Source: Squalus acanthias (lineage: Eukaryota). From it: DNA of 64,000 nucleotides. The stretch is from NCBI GenBank assembly GCA_030390025.1, contig CM059426.1, positions 183,644,001-183,708,000 on the forward strand, given 5' to 3'. A program made the position numbers and the translations under genes. This document shows, one piece after another, positions 21,943 through 35,100 of the stretch (within the stretch, counting starts at the first letter, position 1; each line of letters opens with the position of its first letter). The notes under the pieces were generated by a model. That model saw only the letters and a list, made by a program, of their open reading frames with translations, was not told the DNA's origin and searched no databases.

Positions 21943-22623
21943 TCCTAGTTTGGCATCATCTGCAAATTTACAATTAATTGAGTTTCTAAATCCAAAGATA
22001 TCGATGTAACTTAGAAATAGTAGTCGTCCCAACACTGAGCCCGAGGCACCCACTCAGGCCGTCCTCCCACTCCGACATTACCACCCTTCAGTGAGCGGTT
22101 TACCTATTCCCAATTTTAATCCTTAACCCCCCTCCCCGCTTTGAGCTTAGCTAGCCACTCATGTGGAACTATCAAATGCCTTTTGGAAGTCGAAGTACAT
22201 AACTTTGTAGGATTAACCACAGTTCACTTGGGTATCACTTCCTCAACAGAATTCAAGGAAGTTGGTTGGGCAGGTTCTTCCTCATCTAAAGCCATGTTGA
22301 CTGCTGTTTACTAATGTTTTATCACCTTTTTTTGAATATGGACACCATGTTAGCCTGTTTCCAATCTAGTGCTACCGTCTCGGTGTCCACTGACTCCATC
22401 ATAATGATTGGCAGTGTCTCACAGATCTCACTAGTCTCAATCAATACACTGGGACCATCTAATCCTGGGGTTTCAGCTTGCCTAGGACTTCAACCTGATT
22501 TATATCCAAGTCCTGAATTATGCCTTTGCACAGGTAACTATACCTTTATTTCACTTTTAATTTGTTAATCTATTTAGGATCATGCTGGTTTAGTCTGAGC
22601 TTGCTGATCCTGTGGGGGGGGGG

Positions 22624-24025
22624 GGGGGGAATTTTAACGTGGCGAGTACGTTGGGTGTGAGGCGGGTAAAGTCAGGGAAAAATGCAAGGTTGATAGGAAG
22701 CCGACTCCAACCCACTGACTTTCGTATTTAACTCCAGTGCATTCGGCTGCATGCGCGCAACCCCCTCGGGAGAGGCGGGTTGTCAATTTCAATATGTTAA
22801 TCGCCCAATTACAGCAATATTAACATGGCTTTTGCAATTTAACTGCGGGTCCACGGGTTTTCCGGGCTTCCTGGAACTCGCTAGTGAAAGCAAGGTGAGA
22901 ACACAGCGGCAATTGAGGGCGCTGAAGACATGATAGGGAAATATGCCAATAAGTACCGACACCCCTCAGCTGCTTTCTTGCCTGCTTGTGTGAAAGGCTT
23001 TGTGCACGGTACTTGTGCTGTGAAGTTACTTTTACAACTTTGGAGGTTTGTACGTCTGATCTGCACTTTGGAGCTCTGATCTACCAGATCAGCATGGGTG
23101 CTGCTTAGGTTGTTACTTTGGAGCTCAGATGAGGACCCAGATGACCAGTACCAGGAGCAGCAGCCTGCTGCTCAGAGACGAGAGGTGCAGCTCACAGGAG
23201 GCCATACCCAGCACACACTGTCTACAGGCAGAGGATAAGCTTCCTCGACATGTCGGAACACCAGCGTCTCAGGGTGTTGCGTCAGGTGGTCGCTGACATT
23301 TGCAGCCTGCTGGAACAAGACCTGCTGCCAACTGGACCTGGTGGCCACGCTTTACGAGGGGGCTGTCAAAGTCACCAGCGTCCTCAACATTTTTGCCTTT
23401 GGAACCTTCCAGGGCACTGCCAGAGACATTTGCAGGATCTTGCAGTCGGCGGCCCACAAATACATAAGACAGGTGACTGATGGCTTCTTTGTCAGGGCTG
23501 GCAATTATGTACACTTTTTCTGCAATAACGCCAGTCAGAATGAGCAGGCGTTCGGGTTTGCGGCTCTGGCTGGCTTCCCAAAGGTACAGGGCGTCATCGA
23601 CTGCACGCATGTGGCATTTAAGGCACTTCCAGATGACCCAGGAGGATTCATCAACCACAAGGGCTTCCACTCCATCAATGTGCAGCTGATGTCCAACCAC
23701 AAAGATGTTTTTGCAGGTGTGCGCAAGATTCCCGGGCAGCTGCCATGATGCTTTCGTCCTGCGGCAGTCCACCCTCCCTGATCTTTTCACACCTCGAAGC
23801 AGACTTACCGGATGGCTGCTCAGAGACAAGGGATACTCACTTAAAACATGGCTGATGACACCCATGAGGAACCTAACCAATGAGGCCCAGGAGCGATACA
23901 ATGAAAGCCAAATGACAACCAGATGTGTCATTGAGCAAGCCACTGGCATGCTGAAGATGCATTTCACACACCAACCACCCCCCCCTCCCCGCTCCATAGC
24001 ATATTGCAATGTTAAAATCAGTCCC
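22624..24025 (+). mobile_element. PIF/Harbinger DNA transposon with frameshifted HARBI1-like transposase
   Basis: AGFPKVQGVIDCTHVA..FINHKGFHSINVQL (23341-23748) and [50 protein letters not shown] (23705-23970). Imperfect TIRs GGGGGGAATTTTAAC (22624-22638) and GTTAAAATCAGTCCC (24011-24025). Confidence 0.88.
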
Positions 24026-24075
24026 ATGTATGTATTTGTCCTGCATGCCCAGCATGATTATTTAATAAGTGTCCC

Positions 24076-24390
24076 ATTTGTCTTTTCTTCTTAGGCAGTC
24101 CCTCGGAACCGAGGATGACTTGCTTCCACATTAAAAATGAGTTCTCAGGTGACTGATGAGTCCAATGCGGGACCTACAGTCTCTGTCACAGGTGGGGCAG
24201 ACGGTGGTTGAAGGGGCAGGTGAGTGGGGTGCTTGGGTTGACGTGCGCTCCTTGCGCTGCCTGCGCTTGCTCCCGGCGAAGAGACTCGAGGTGTTCGGCA
24301 CCTTCCCTGATGCTGCTCCTCCACTTTGTGCGGTCTTGGGCCAGGGATTCCCAGGTGTCGGTGGGGATGTTGCACTTTTTCAAGGAGGCA
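24076..24390 (-). mobile_element. RTE-clade LINE 3' end
   Basis: LKKCNIPTDTWESLAQDRTKWRSSIREG followed by CPTCDRDCRSRIGLISHLRTH (C2H2 finger); tail GGGACTGCCTAAGAAGAA. Confidence 0.85.
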
Positions 24391-25304
24391 TTTCTACTGA
24401 AATGTTAACAAACATCCTAATCTAATCCATTTGTTTTCATTCTTCTTTAATTTCTTTGGATTTAGCTCTTTCAAAGTTGGAAACCTAGCTCCTGGTCTTT
24501 GGTATAACTGAATCCCAGATTGTGTTAAACTTGCGGTCACTTTACCCCAGGGGTGCTCCGACTTAAATTTCCCGGATGTTGTCTGGGCCATTTATGTAAA
24601 CCAGATCAAGATGAGCACCGGCTCTCATGGCTTCCCTTGCACACTTGAGTCACGAAACAGTCATGCATTACATTTACCAACTCTCACTCCAAACCTCTTG
24701 GGAACTCAATTTATATTTGGCTGGTTGAAGTCTCCGATTAAAATAACTTTCCAGTTTCTCAAAAACTCTTTTTTATCTCTTTATAGAGCAAACTGTCCTC
24801 CTCGTATTGACCTGGTGCTCTTCAGCAAATCCCTTGTGTTAGCTTGGATTTCTTTCACATTGGAGATTTCTATCCAGAGTACTTCTTTATATACCTTACT
24901 TCCTCCCACAGGATCAACTTATTTTATGTTCTAGTTGTCCCTGACATATATGACTACATTACCTCCTTTTCTGTCCCTTCTGCACACATTATACCCCTGA
25001 ATGTTAAATTCATTTTCTGATATTCCCACCATATTGTTGTTCCTGACTGCCACAAATAGTTCAGACATCTTATTTCTAATGCTTCCTGCATTCAAGTATA
25101 ATCATCTCGAGTAGATTTGCCTCCTTTCACGTATGCTAGTGTCTGTTTTTTCCTAGGCTAAAGTACATTCATGTATCTCTGGGTTACTATATTCATATTC
25201 ACCTGTTGACTACCTTCTACCCTACTAGCTTTCCCATCTGGGATCTGGTTACATATTTCTCTCTACCTCCCCCCAACCATCTACTTCTAATGAAACACAT
25301 CAAA

Positions 25305-25855
25305 AGACTTTCTGGGACACCATCTACAAGGCACAAGTAAGGAGTGTGATGGAATACTATCCACTTGCCTGGATGAGTGCAGCTCCAACAACACTCAAGA
25401 AGCTCGACACCATCCAAGTCAAAGCAGCCTGCTTGATTGGCAACCCATCCACCACCTTAAACATTCACTCCCTCCACCATCGGCGTACCGTGGCTGCAGT
25501 GTGTACCATCTACAAGATGCACTGCAGCAACTCGCCAAGGCTTCTTCGGCAGCATCTCCCAAACCCACGACCTCTTCCATCTAGAAGGACAAGGGCAGCA
25601 GGCGCATGGGAACACCACCACCTCCAAGTTCCCCTCCAAGTCACACACCATCCTGACTTAGAAGTATATCGCTGATCCTTCATCGTCACTGGGTCAAAAT
25701 CCTGGAACTCCCTACCGAACAGCACTGTGGGAGTACCTTCATCACACAGACTGCAGCGGTTCAAGGCGGCGGCTCACCACCGCCTTCTTAAGGGCAATTA
25801 GGGATGGGCAATAAATGCTGGCCTTGCCAGCGACGCCCACATCCCATAAAAAACG
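25305..25855 (+). mobile_element. CR1/L2-group LINE 3' end
   Basis: MEYYPLAWMSAAPTTLKKLDTIQVKAACLIG..IHSLHHRRTVAAVCTIYKMH, followed by the 3' UTR shared with 696-1045 and 60755-60903. Confidence 0.8.
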
Positions 25856-26229
25856 AATTTAAAAAATCCACTTTGTCAAGACTGCACAAACACGATCAAC
25901 ATTTATTCCAGAAATTCTCTGATGACTCCACCTAAAAAGAATAAGTGCTGTGCTATTCTACCTTATAGGAGCTACCAGGAGAAAAGGAGTGCTTGGTCAT
26001 GGGCATCTTGCTAGAGATCCCCATTGGTCTGTAGGAGGAATCGGAGGAGGAGATGAGGCCAGGCAGAGCAGCACCAGCTGCAGCAGGAGAGGGGGACAGG
26101 AGGGCAAGGCGGACTCATTCCCCCCCTGCAGATACAGGGCATCCCTCCTCCTCTGGACCTCCTCCACCAGGACCTCCAGTGCCTATCCAGATGAGGGTTT
26201 GGAAGCAGATGTACAGAGATGGGTAATTA

Positions 26230-26540
26230 CATAGAATTACATGGATTATATAGCACAGAAACAGGTAATTCGGCCCAACCAGTCCACACTGGCATTTATG
26301 CTCCACTCGCGCCTCCTTCCATCCTTCCTAATCTAACTATCAGCATAACCCTCTACTTCCTTCTCCCTCATGTGCTTATATAGCTTATCCTTAAATGCAT
26401 CTATACTATTTGCCTCAACTACTCCCTGTGGTAGCGAGTTCCACATTCTCACCACCCTCTGGGTGAAAAAGTTTCTTCTGAATTCCCTATTTGATTTCTT
26501 GGTCACTCTCTTATATTGATGGCCTCGAGTTTTGCTCTTT
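26230..26540 (-). mobile_element. CR1 LINE 3' tail
   Basis: Minus strand AGAAACTTTTTCACCCAGAGGGTGGTGAGAATGTGGAACTCGCTACC (RNFFTQRVVRMWNSLP). Confidence 0.8.
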
Positions 26541-27759
26541 TATTATTACGGAGATACAAGTAGGCGGTCTTTATGATGGGGATAATATGGGGGAGAATAT
26601 GGGGTCTGACGCTTGTCTAGAGGTCAAATAGAAGACTGAGGTAACAAGTGTTTCCACAGGTTTCCCTCCACCCACTTTCTGTCATTTAGATCTGCCACAA
26701 CAACTTTGCTGTTTAGCTATCGGCTCAGTTTGTTCACTTTCAGCTGGATGTTCTGAGCCATGCCCTTCTGCACTGCTGCTGTCTTTGTTGCACTATACTG
26801 CCTGCTTACTGGTAAGGGATAATCTCTTTCTTGGGTGCTGTCTAATCACAAGATATTCTAACCAGTGGCCCAGTCAAGAAGAAAGAATTTGCTAGAGGAC
26901 AAAACGGCTTGAAATTGGGATTTGAACTTTGATCCTCTAAAGAGACGTCCAATTCTCCACCACTGACCATGATAAATGTACAAATACATCCATAACATTT
27001 TAGTGATAATGTAGCAGAATACAGACCCCGCCCCCACCCAACCCCCCCAACCCCCTGAACAAAATAGCCTGAACTCTGCCACAATGGCAAGCCTCAAGGT
27101 AGGATTCCTTCCCCAGCACCAAATAAATAAATCCTAGATTAGATGCAACAAAGAGAAACTGAAAATACATGAGGTTGGCATTTCAATCCCTCAGTCATTT
27201 TAAAGCCAGACTACCATTTTCTGCTGCATAGTTTTCATGAATATTGAAATATCATAGATTGATGTCATGAATGTTAAAATATTTAATGTGATTTTTACAA
27301 TCTCAAAAATCCATGCCTGCTGACCGACAACCAGAAGATCCACTTTTGCTCTCCGAGTAGGTGAGGCTTTCACAGGTACCGTCTGTGCAACTGCTCTTCC
27401 AATGAGAATACTGGGAGTGCTATAAACTGAATGGCTTCCTTTGCCTTGCAAGACTTGCTTGAAGTGCACAACTACCAATGAAATGCTCGGTTTCCATTTC
27501 CAATTTTTTATACAACGCTGGGATTGCCTGTTTAAATTTGGCAGGACTTGAAAAGAACTAAACTCACAGTGTCACTCCCTCATTGGCGGATTTAGGGTTT
27601 ATCCACCATGAGGGAGTTCTGCTGAGAAAATGGTCTGTTGTGCCAAGTTCAAACAGACAAACCCAGCAGCAGAAACAAATCCGTAGTGGGTTATCCTTTA
27701 TCCTGACCTATTGTTTCCTCTGCTTCTCCCTGCTTGCTTAAGGCCTGATGTGCTCTATC

Positions 27760-28520
27760 TTCCTGTTCACTTGTAGAGGGTCAAGATCAGATCTACTGGT
27801 CCATTCAGCCTGCCCCATCCACAAATGGTGCAGTCCATGTGCCTCATCAATCTACTCCCTGTCACGGAATCCCCTGGGGCAGGCAAAAATAAAAATCAGA
27901 GGGAAAACAATCAGGCCACTTTAGGGAAAAAAAAACTCTGGGAAATTCTTCTCTGATCCCCAAAGGCAATCAAGCAAGCTGCAGGAGACTGCCAAAAGTG
28001 CCAACACCCTGCTAGCCCCACCTACCTTTTGTAACTCAAGATATATTCTACCCACAGGAACTCATCCAGCTCCCTTTTGAAGGCCTGTAGCAAATTCAGG
28101 CTCACCACACATTCTTTACACATTATTTACAGTCATCAACCTCTGGAACAAAAGAAATATTTCCTGGCATCTAACCTAACACTATGATTTCTTAGTTGGT
28201 TCTCATGCCCCCAGTCCTCTTAACTCTGTTCAGCTCAACTATTCAGTCAAACAGAATTCACTCCCTTCAACAGTTTCAAGACTTCAGTCATATCACCTCC
28301 CCTCCACCCGCTGAAGTCTCCATTTCTCCAGTGAAAAAAATCCCATTGCCCTAGGTCTGTACTGATAACTAAGTACCCCACGACTTGGTATTAATCTGGT
28401 GGTCCTCCTCTGGATCTTCTGCAGGGCTTTGATATTCCGACAGGTGAGGGGACCAAAACTAAGCATAGTACTCAAGATGGGGCTGCACTCATGTCTTGTA
28501 AAGAGTAAGCATATTTAAAT
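27760..28520 (-). mobile_element. Old CR1 LINE 3' part; its RT portion continues at ~31540-31950 and ~32370-32800
   Basis: ALQKIQRRTTRLIP..LSYQYR..FFSLEKWRL here; GVLQGSVFRPLL..FADATK at ~31830-31945 and CLANLTEFFEEVTK at ~32385-32425. Confidence 0.7.
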
Positions 28521-28523
28521 GGC

Positions 28524-28550
28524 TGGGGGGGGGGGGGGGGGGGGGGGGGG
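28524..28550. repeat. Poly-G tract
   Basis: Run of about 26 G at the 5' edge of the CR1 element. Confidence 0.9.
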
Positions 28551-31535
28551 CGAGAAACTCAGGGGGAAATTGCAGTACAAATAGTAGTTCAAAAACAAAT
28601 GAAAGGGAAGAGAGTAGAGTAGCAGTCAGAAATTGTGCTTCAGGCACTACAGGTAAAGAGAAAACTAAATGATGTAAAGCGATTAAACCAGGAGAGAGAA
28701 ATAAGAAACATGTGAATAAAGCATCAGAGCTGAAGGACAGGCTCGGTTGTGTGGCCCAAATAAGCGTTCTTTATACAAATGCACGGAGTATAAGGAATAA
28801 ACCGAATGAACTGCAGGGATGAATTCAAATTGGAGGGTATGACATGGCAGCCATTACTGAGACATGGCTGCAAGACAGTCAGGACTGGGAACTAAATATA
28901 CCAGGTTATAAGGTTTACAGGACAGATAGGGAGAATGGCAGAGGGGGAGGAGTGATTAGGAATGAAATCTGTTCAATGATGAGAGGATTTAAAGAGAGGT
29001 AAACAGCCAGTGGAGACCTTATGGGTTGAATTAAGAAATAGGAAAGGATCCAAGACTGCAGTGGGAGTTGTGTATAGGCCCCTTGGTAGCAGCTCAGAAG
29101 TGCTAGATTGTATAAATGCAGAGATTAGACAAGCATGTAGTAAAGGCAGAGTGGTTTTAATGGGGGATTTTAACTTTCATAGAGATTGGGAAAAGCAGAC
29201 TAGCACCTGTCAGAAAGGTAGTGAATTTCTTGAGTGTGTCCGGGATAGTTTCTACAACAATTTGTCCTAGAGGCAACAAGGGGGCAAACCATATTAGATT
29301 TAGTAATGAGTCAGATTTAGTTAACAGCCTAGCTGTGCGTGAACATTTATCCAATAGCGATCACAACATGATCGAGTTCAACATAATGTTTGAAAGGGAG
29401 AAACACAAAAAAGCTACTAAGATTCTAGATTTAGGTAATGCCAACTTTAACGGGATGAGGTAGAGACTGTCCAAAGTAAACTGGGCAAATCTGTTAATGG
29501 GTAAAGCGACAGAAGATCAGTGGGAGATGTTTAAAAAACAATTTAACGCGATACAGAACCAGTTTATACCCCTGAGGGGCAAGAGCTCTACTTGCCAAAA
29601 AAAAAGCCATGGACAACTAAAGAGGTAAGGAACAGCATAAAACTAAAGGAAAGGGCATACAAAAATGCAAAAAAATAGCACAGATCCTGGCAAATAGGAA
29701 AGATACAAAGAACAGCAAAGGGTCACAAGACAGATAGTAAGAGCTACAAAAAGGAGTATGAAAAGAAACTTGCAACGGATATCAAAATCAGTAAGAAAAA
29801 GAGTGTAGTCAGGAGCAATGTTGGCCCCTTAAAAACTGAAATTGGTGACATTGTCAATGACAATGGGAAAATGTCGGACATGTTGAATAAATACTGTGTG
29901 TCAGTATTTATAGTAGAAGAAGAGGATAGCCTGCCGGAAATCTCAAAGAAACTAATATTGAATCGGGGACAGGGACTCAATAAAATTAACGTAGGTAAAA
30001 TAACAGTAAGAAGAAAATAATGGCACTAGAGAGTGACAAATCCCCAGGGCCAGATGGTTTCCATCCCAGGGTTTTAAAGGAAGTAGGTGAGCACATTGCA
30101 GATGCCCGAACCATAATCTTCCAAAGTTCTCTAGATTCAGGAACCGTCCCTTTAGATTGGAAAATTGCACATGTCACTCTGCTTTTTAAGAATGGCGAGA
30201 GGGGGAAACCAGGGAATTATAGACCAGTTAGCCTAACATCTATTGTGGGGAAATTGCTGGAGTCTATAATTAAGGATAGGGTGACTGAACACCTCAAAAA
30301 TTTTCAGTTGATCAGAGAGAGCCAGCATGATTTGTGAAAGGTAGGTCATGCCTGACGAACCTGATTGAATTTTTTGAAGAGGTGACTAAAAGTAATGGAC
30401 AGAGGAATGTCTATGGATGTTATTTATATGGACTTCCAGAAGGCATTTGATAAAGTCCCACATAAGAGACCGTTATCTAAGGAAGAGGCCCACGGAATTG
30501 AGGGCAAATTATTGATCTGGTTAGGAAATTGGCTGAGTGGCAGGGGACAGAGTGTAGGGATAATGGGTAGGTACTCAAATTGGCAGGATGTGACTAGTGG
30601 TGTCACGCAGGGATCTGTGTTGGGGCCTCAACTATTCACAGTATTTATTAACGATTTATACGATGGCATACAAAGTCACATATCCAAATTTGCCGATGAC
30701 ACAAAGATAGATGGCACTGTAGGCAGTGTAGATGAAAGCATAAAATTACAAAGGGATATTGATAGATTAAGTGAATGGGCAAAACTGCAGCAAATGGATT
30801 TCAATGCAAGAAAATGTAAGGTCATCCACTTTGGACCAAAAAAGGGTAGAACAGGGTACTTTCTAAGTGATAAAAAGCTAAAAACAGTGGATGTCCAAAG
30901 AGACTTGGGGGTTCAGGTACATAGATCATTAAAATGTCATGAACAGGTGCAGAAAATAATCAAAATGGCTAATGGAATGCTGGCCTTTATATCTAGAGGA
31001 CTATCTAGGGGGCAGAAATTATGCTGCAGCTGTACAAAACCCTAGTTAGACCACACTTGGAGTACTGTGAGCAGTTCTGGGCACCACACTTTAGGAAGGA
31101 TATTGGCCTTGGAGGGTGTGCAGCATAGGTTTACCAGAATGATACCTGAACTTCGAGAGTTAAGTTACGAGGAGAGATTACACAAATTAGGGTTGCAGTC
31201 CTTAGAATTTAGAAGGTTAAGGGGTGATCTGATCAAAGTTTTCAGGATATTAAGGGGAACAGATAGGGTGGATAGAGAGAAACTATTTCCGCTGGTTGGG
31301 GATTCTAGGACTAGGGGGCATAGTCTAAAAATTAGAGCCAGACCGTTCAGGAGTGAAATTAGGGAACATGTCTACACACAACGGGTGGTAGAAGTTTGGA
31401 ATTCTTTGTTAACCAAAGGTATTAAGGGATATGGGCCAAAGGCAGGTATATGGAGTTTGAGCACAGATCAGTCATGATCTCATCGAATGGCGGAACAGGC
31501 TCGAGGGGCTGAATGGCCTAGTCTTGCTGCTATTC
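28551..31535 (+). mobile_element. CR1 LINE with near-complete but disrupted ORF2 (APE endonuclease and RT)
   Basis: LYTNARSIRNK, AITETWL, VLMGDFNF, SDHNMIEF, KSPGPDGFHPRVLKE, NYRPVSLTS, YMDFQKAFDKVPH, QGSVLGPQLF, FADDTK, LEFRRLRGDLI; several stops and frameshifts; CR1 3' UTR GGGGCTGAATGGCCTA. Confidence 0.95.
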
Positions 31536-32018
31536 TGGCTTTGAATTTCACTGTCCTAGCTATACTATCCTAACAACAGCCTGTTCGCCTTCTCTACAGC
31601 CCCGTAACACTGGCCCCGAATTTGAAGCATTTCTCGAATGACCCGCCAGGTCTCTTGCCTGTTCTGCAGCCTGGTACGATACACACGTCTAGAATTACCA
31701 TGATGCAAATGCATTATTACGCTGAAATTATCGACATGGAAGGACTTCTGCCACACCCGAGTCCATCTGCCAACATATCTAAATCAGCCTTCAAACTATT
31801 TTGCCCAAACCCCTAATTCCCACACATACCTTTGGTGGCATCAGCAAACTTAAGGATTGTACTAATGATGCCTTCATCCAAATCATTGTTAAAGATGGTT
31901 ACGAGCAAAGGTCTGAACACAGATCCCTGCAGGACTCCACTAACGTGGGTAATTGTGTCAATGCGATTTGCCTGCTATAGGTTGTGGACGCTGTAACCAA
32001 AGCCTGTGCAAAAACGTC

Positions 32019-32118
32019 AGGGCCAGGGTCTGGAGCAAAGACCAAAGGAGCTCGACAAGGGTCGGGGTCTGGAGCAAAGACCAGAGGAGCTCAACAAGGG
32101 TCAGGGTCTGGAGCAAAG
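32019..32118. repeat. 39-bp tandem repeat, ~2.6 copies
   Basis: Units AGGGYCRGGGTCTGGAGCAAAGACCARAGGAGCTCRACA start at 32019, 32058 and 32097. Confidence 0.92.
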
Positions 32119-35100
32119 CTGTTCCGATCACAGTCAGAGGGTGAGTTGAACGGGATGAATCTGATCTCGTCTTTTCACTGAAAAGTTTGTAATGTGTTAA
32201 TTTAAATTTTGTGACGAGAAAGTGACTAACCGGGATGGTAAAGAAAGAGATTGTGGAAGAGCTGCTCAAAATAGCCAGCGCGCTTAATAAGTGCCGTTTG
32301 CCCGATATAGGCAGCTGTTTAGGATAAGCAGGGATGGTGTAATTGGTGGGGACTGTCTCGAATATCTACCATCATCAAACAACTTTGTCACCTCTTCAAA
32401 AAATTCAGTCAAGTTGGCGAGACAGGGTTTACATTTCAGAAGCAGTGTTGAGAATCCCGAATAACCAGCACTCTTTCAAAATAATTGCGCAATGCATCTC
32501 TAATAATTCCTTCAAGTAACAAATGTCAAACTGGCATATAATTGCTAGATTCTGGCTTGCTCCCTTTTTGAAATATAGGCACAAAGGCCTCCCTCCAGTC
32601 ATTGGGAACATTCCCAGACCACAATTCACTGATAAATATGTGAACCAAGTGGCTGGCGTTTCCTAAGGCGAATACCATCAGGGCCATCAAATTTTTCATC
32701 AAATGCAACGGATTATATATTGACATCATCTTCATCTACCAGCTGTGGCGTCTCAGCAACATCCTTAATAGTGAAAACAGATATAAAGTAACCTCGGTTA
32801 TATCTTGCTCTGCTTCTATTTGGTTGCCTCACCATCGAGGACGTTACGAGCTAGTACAGTAACCAGTTGATGTTACAGTCAAAGAGCTCCACTCAGCAGC
32901 ACTTCAAACATCTAAAATTCTCATTTTAAACAGAAGCGCTGTTACAGTGCCAGTGATCAGTGTACGTGTTGATTAACGGCTGGTGATTTCCTCTGTAGTC
33001 AGAGCAGTGGACAGGCAGAAACACTAGTAATGGCATTTACCTTGCAACCCCAATGCATTGCATAAATCAGCACCTATGACGACTTTGAATTGCTACAAGC
33101 CACATAGGTATAAACAATCATCCTGAACATGCCAGGGGCTTATCTATTATGAAATATGCCAAGAGACACGCAAGAGCTTCTCAGGCATAAATATGCATCT
33201 GGCTGACTGGATCCCATCAAAGTCTGTCAAGTTATCAACTGTAGTTGCATATTTGAAAATTGTGAAATGGTTTTCTTTGTATTGCTGAATTATCTCATTA
33301 TGTAGTGTCTCTTTCAGAATCCATCAACCAGCCTCACTTAGGCCATCAAATGACACAAATCATTATTTTTGTCTTGGAATTTTCAGGAAAAATGTCACCG
33401 ACACCTCAACAGGTTTAAAAACTGGAATTCTGAGATAGTATCAGATGGAGGAGACTCAATACATGGCTGGCATTGTATTCATTTTCCATTCAACACCAAT
33501 ACAAGAAGTAGACTAGATGCCAGGAATGCTTTCAGGACATATTTTCAAAGCACTCTTGGAAAAGGGCAATTAACCAACCACAAATCTCTTTGCTTGGATG
33601 GTTACATATTGTACTGTTATAATATTTGCCTAATTCTTTCTTGCTTCAATTCTGTTTTAATTGTAAATCAATGTAGTAAATTTTTTTTAAGCCTGGAAAC
33701 TTAGTCATGCCAATGATACCCAAACTCCACAGTCTAGCCTGATATTAATTTCCCCTTCCTGTATGCCAACTTAAGATCAATCTGACAAGTGCATAACCTT
33801 GTTGTCCCGCTCAACCCGAACCATAGCTTCATACCCCACACCCACTCCCTCATGAAGACTGTCCACATTCATCTAGAAAATAATGTCCTTCTGTCTCTGC
33901 GTCATCTCCACTGCCATTGAAACCCCCGTTCCTGTTCGTCACCTCCAGACTCAATTTCTCAAATACCCTGAGCTCCACCCTACATAAACTGCTTCATCCA
34001 AAACTCGTGTCACCTGCACCCTGTGCTGGTCAGGTCCTGCGCATCCCTATCCATGCCAACCTCCACTAATAGGTAGGTATATATTTAAAACAACACAGAA
34101 CTCCGAGTCACTGCTGGCAAAACCCCTCCCCTTTGGTGCTGCCATCCCTACCGACAGTAACTGAACCACCACTCTCCCCCTACCTTTGAGGCCAGCTCAG
34201 GGTCTGGTCACAGCAGTGTGAAGGGCTGATTGTGGAGGTGCTGCGTGGATTTCTTGAAAAGGGATTCCTGAGCAGCGATCTGGAGAAATCTGTATTATTT
34301 AAAATAAATATTTAGCTGTATTTTACTTGCTGCTCAGGAAACCATTCAAGAAATCAACCTTCCAGGCCAAGCAGCCATGCCTTCTCCATGACACACACTG
34401 AACAAACATAATAGCTCCATGCATCATGGCCTTATAGGGTCTGGTGTAGTTCTGAACATCAAGGCAATGTAGCATTGGGCAGGCTCCAAACAAGGAGGCT
34501 CGATAACATCCTCAAGACTTTCTTGTGAGAGGCACCATCAGCACCTACTAGTAAATTGGGAACTTGCTAAAGATGGCCCAGAGATTATTACCCTTTTCAC
34601 ATTGGGTGTGCTGGAGCTTGCAATAGTCAATTCTGCCCAGTGGACTGATTTCATAGGTCACTCAGTTGGCCCCTGGGCCATAATCCTCTCTGTAATTGAA
34701 TGCTGCTAAAATCTGCCAGCTACTGTAGGCCCACAGAGAGTGCAGTGTTGCGAACATAGTGGGATGGGTTCTGTCCTTCTTCCTCCATCACTGGTGACAA
34801 TGACAGGTTAGCCCTTGCCTTGTGTAGACACCATCAGAATATAAGTTGGCAGTAAAACCTACATGACAGAATTTTTTTCATGGGCCACAATGATAGCTTA
34901 CTGAACATGAAGCAACGTGGCTTCTGGATCTATTCCGAAGGTTCCAGGTGGATAAGAGTTCGACCCATATGCTGGCACAAAAGCAAATACGCTTTTCTCA
35001 GAATCAGATTTTGTGTCTAACAATAAATGAATCTGCTCAGGGTCACTTTTATACCATTACTACTTTGTCTGCAGCTCTTTTGTGCATTTGAAATACCATA

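Larger units (their letters stand above)
20990..25130 (-). mobile_element. Old, nearly full-length CR1 LINE ORF2 broken by three younger insertions
   Basis: On the minus strand: endonuclease YLNAGSIRNK (~25070-25100) and GDFNQPNINW (~24700-24740), RT DFQKAFD (~22170-22195), FADDAKLGG (~21940-21970) and [10 protein letters not shown] (~21385-21415). Confidence 0.8.

Noticed and set aside
23100-23970. Domesticated HARBI1 gene
   Set aside because: Frameshifted, truncated, flanked by TIRs and nested inside a CR1.
23269-24027. 252-aa minus-strand ORF
   Set aside because: Antisense shadow of the Harbinger transposase with no recognisable motifs.
24152-24170. CTGATGAGTCC resembling a hammerhead core
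   Set aside because: It is the reverse complement of RTE codons for GLIS(H), and no stem II-GAAA follows.
32019-32118. Regular repeats as a CRISPR array
   Set aside because: Eukaryotic intron, no unique spacers; a simple tandem repeat.
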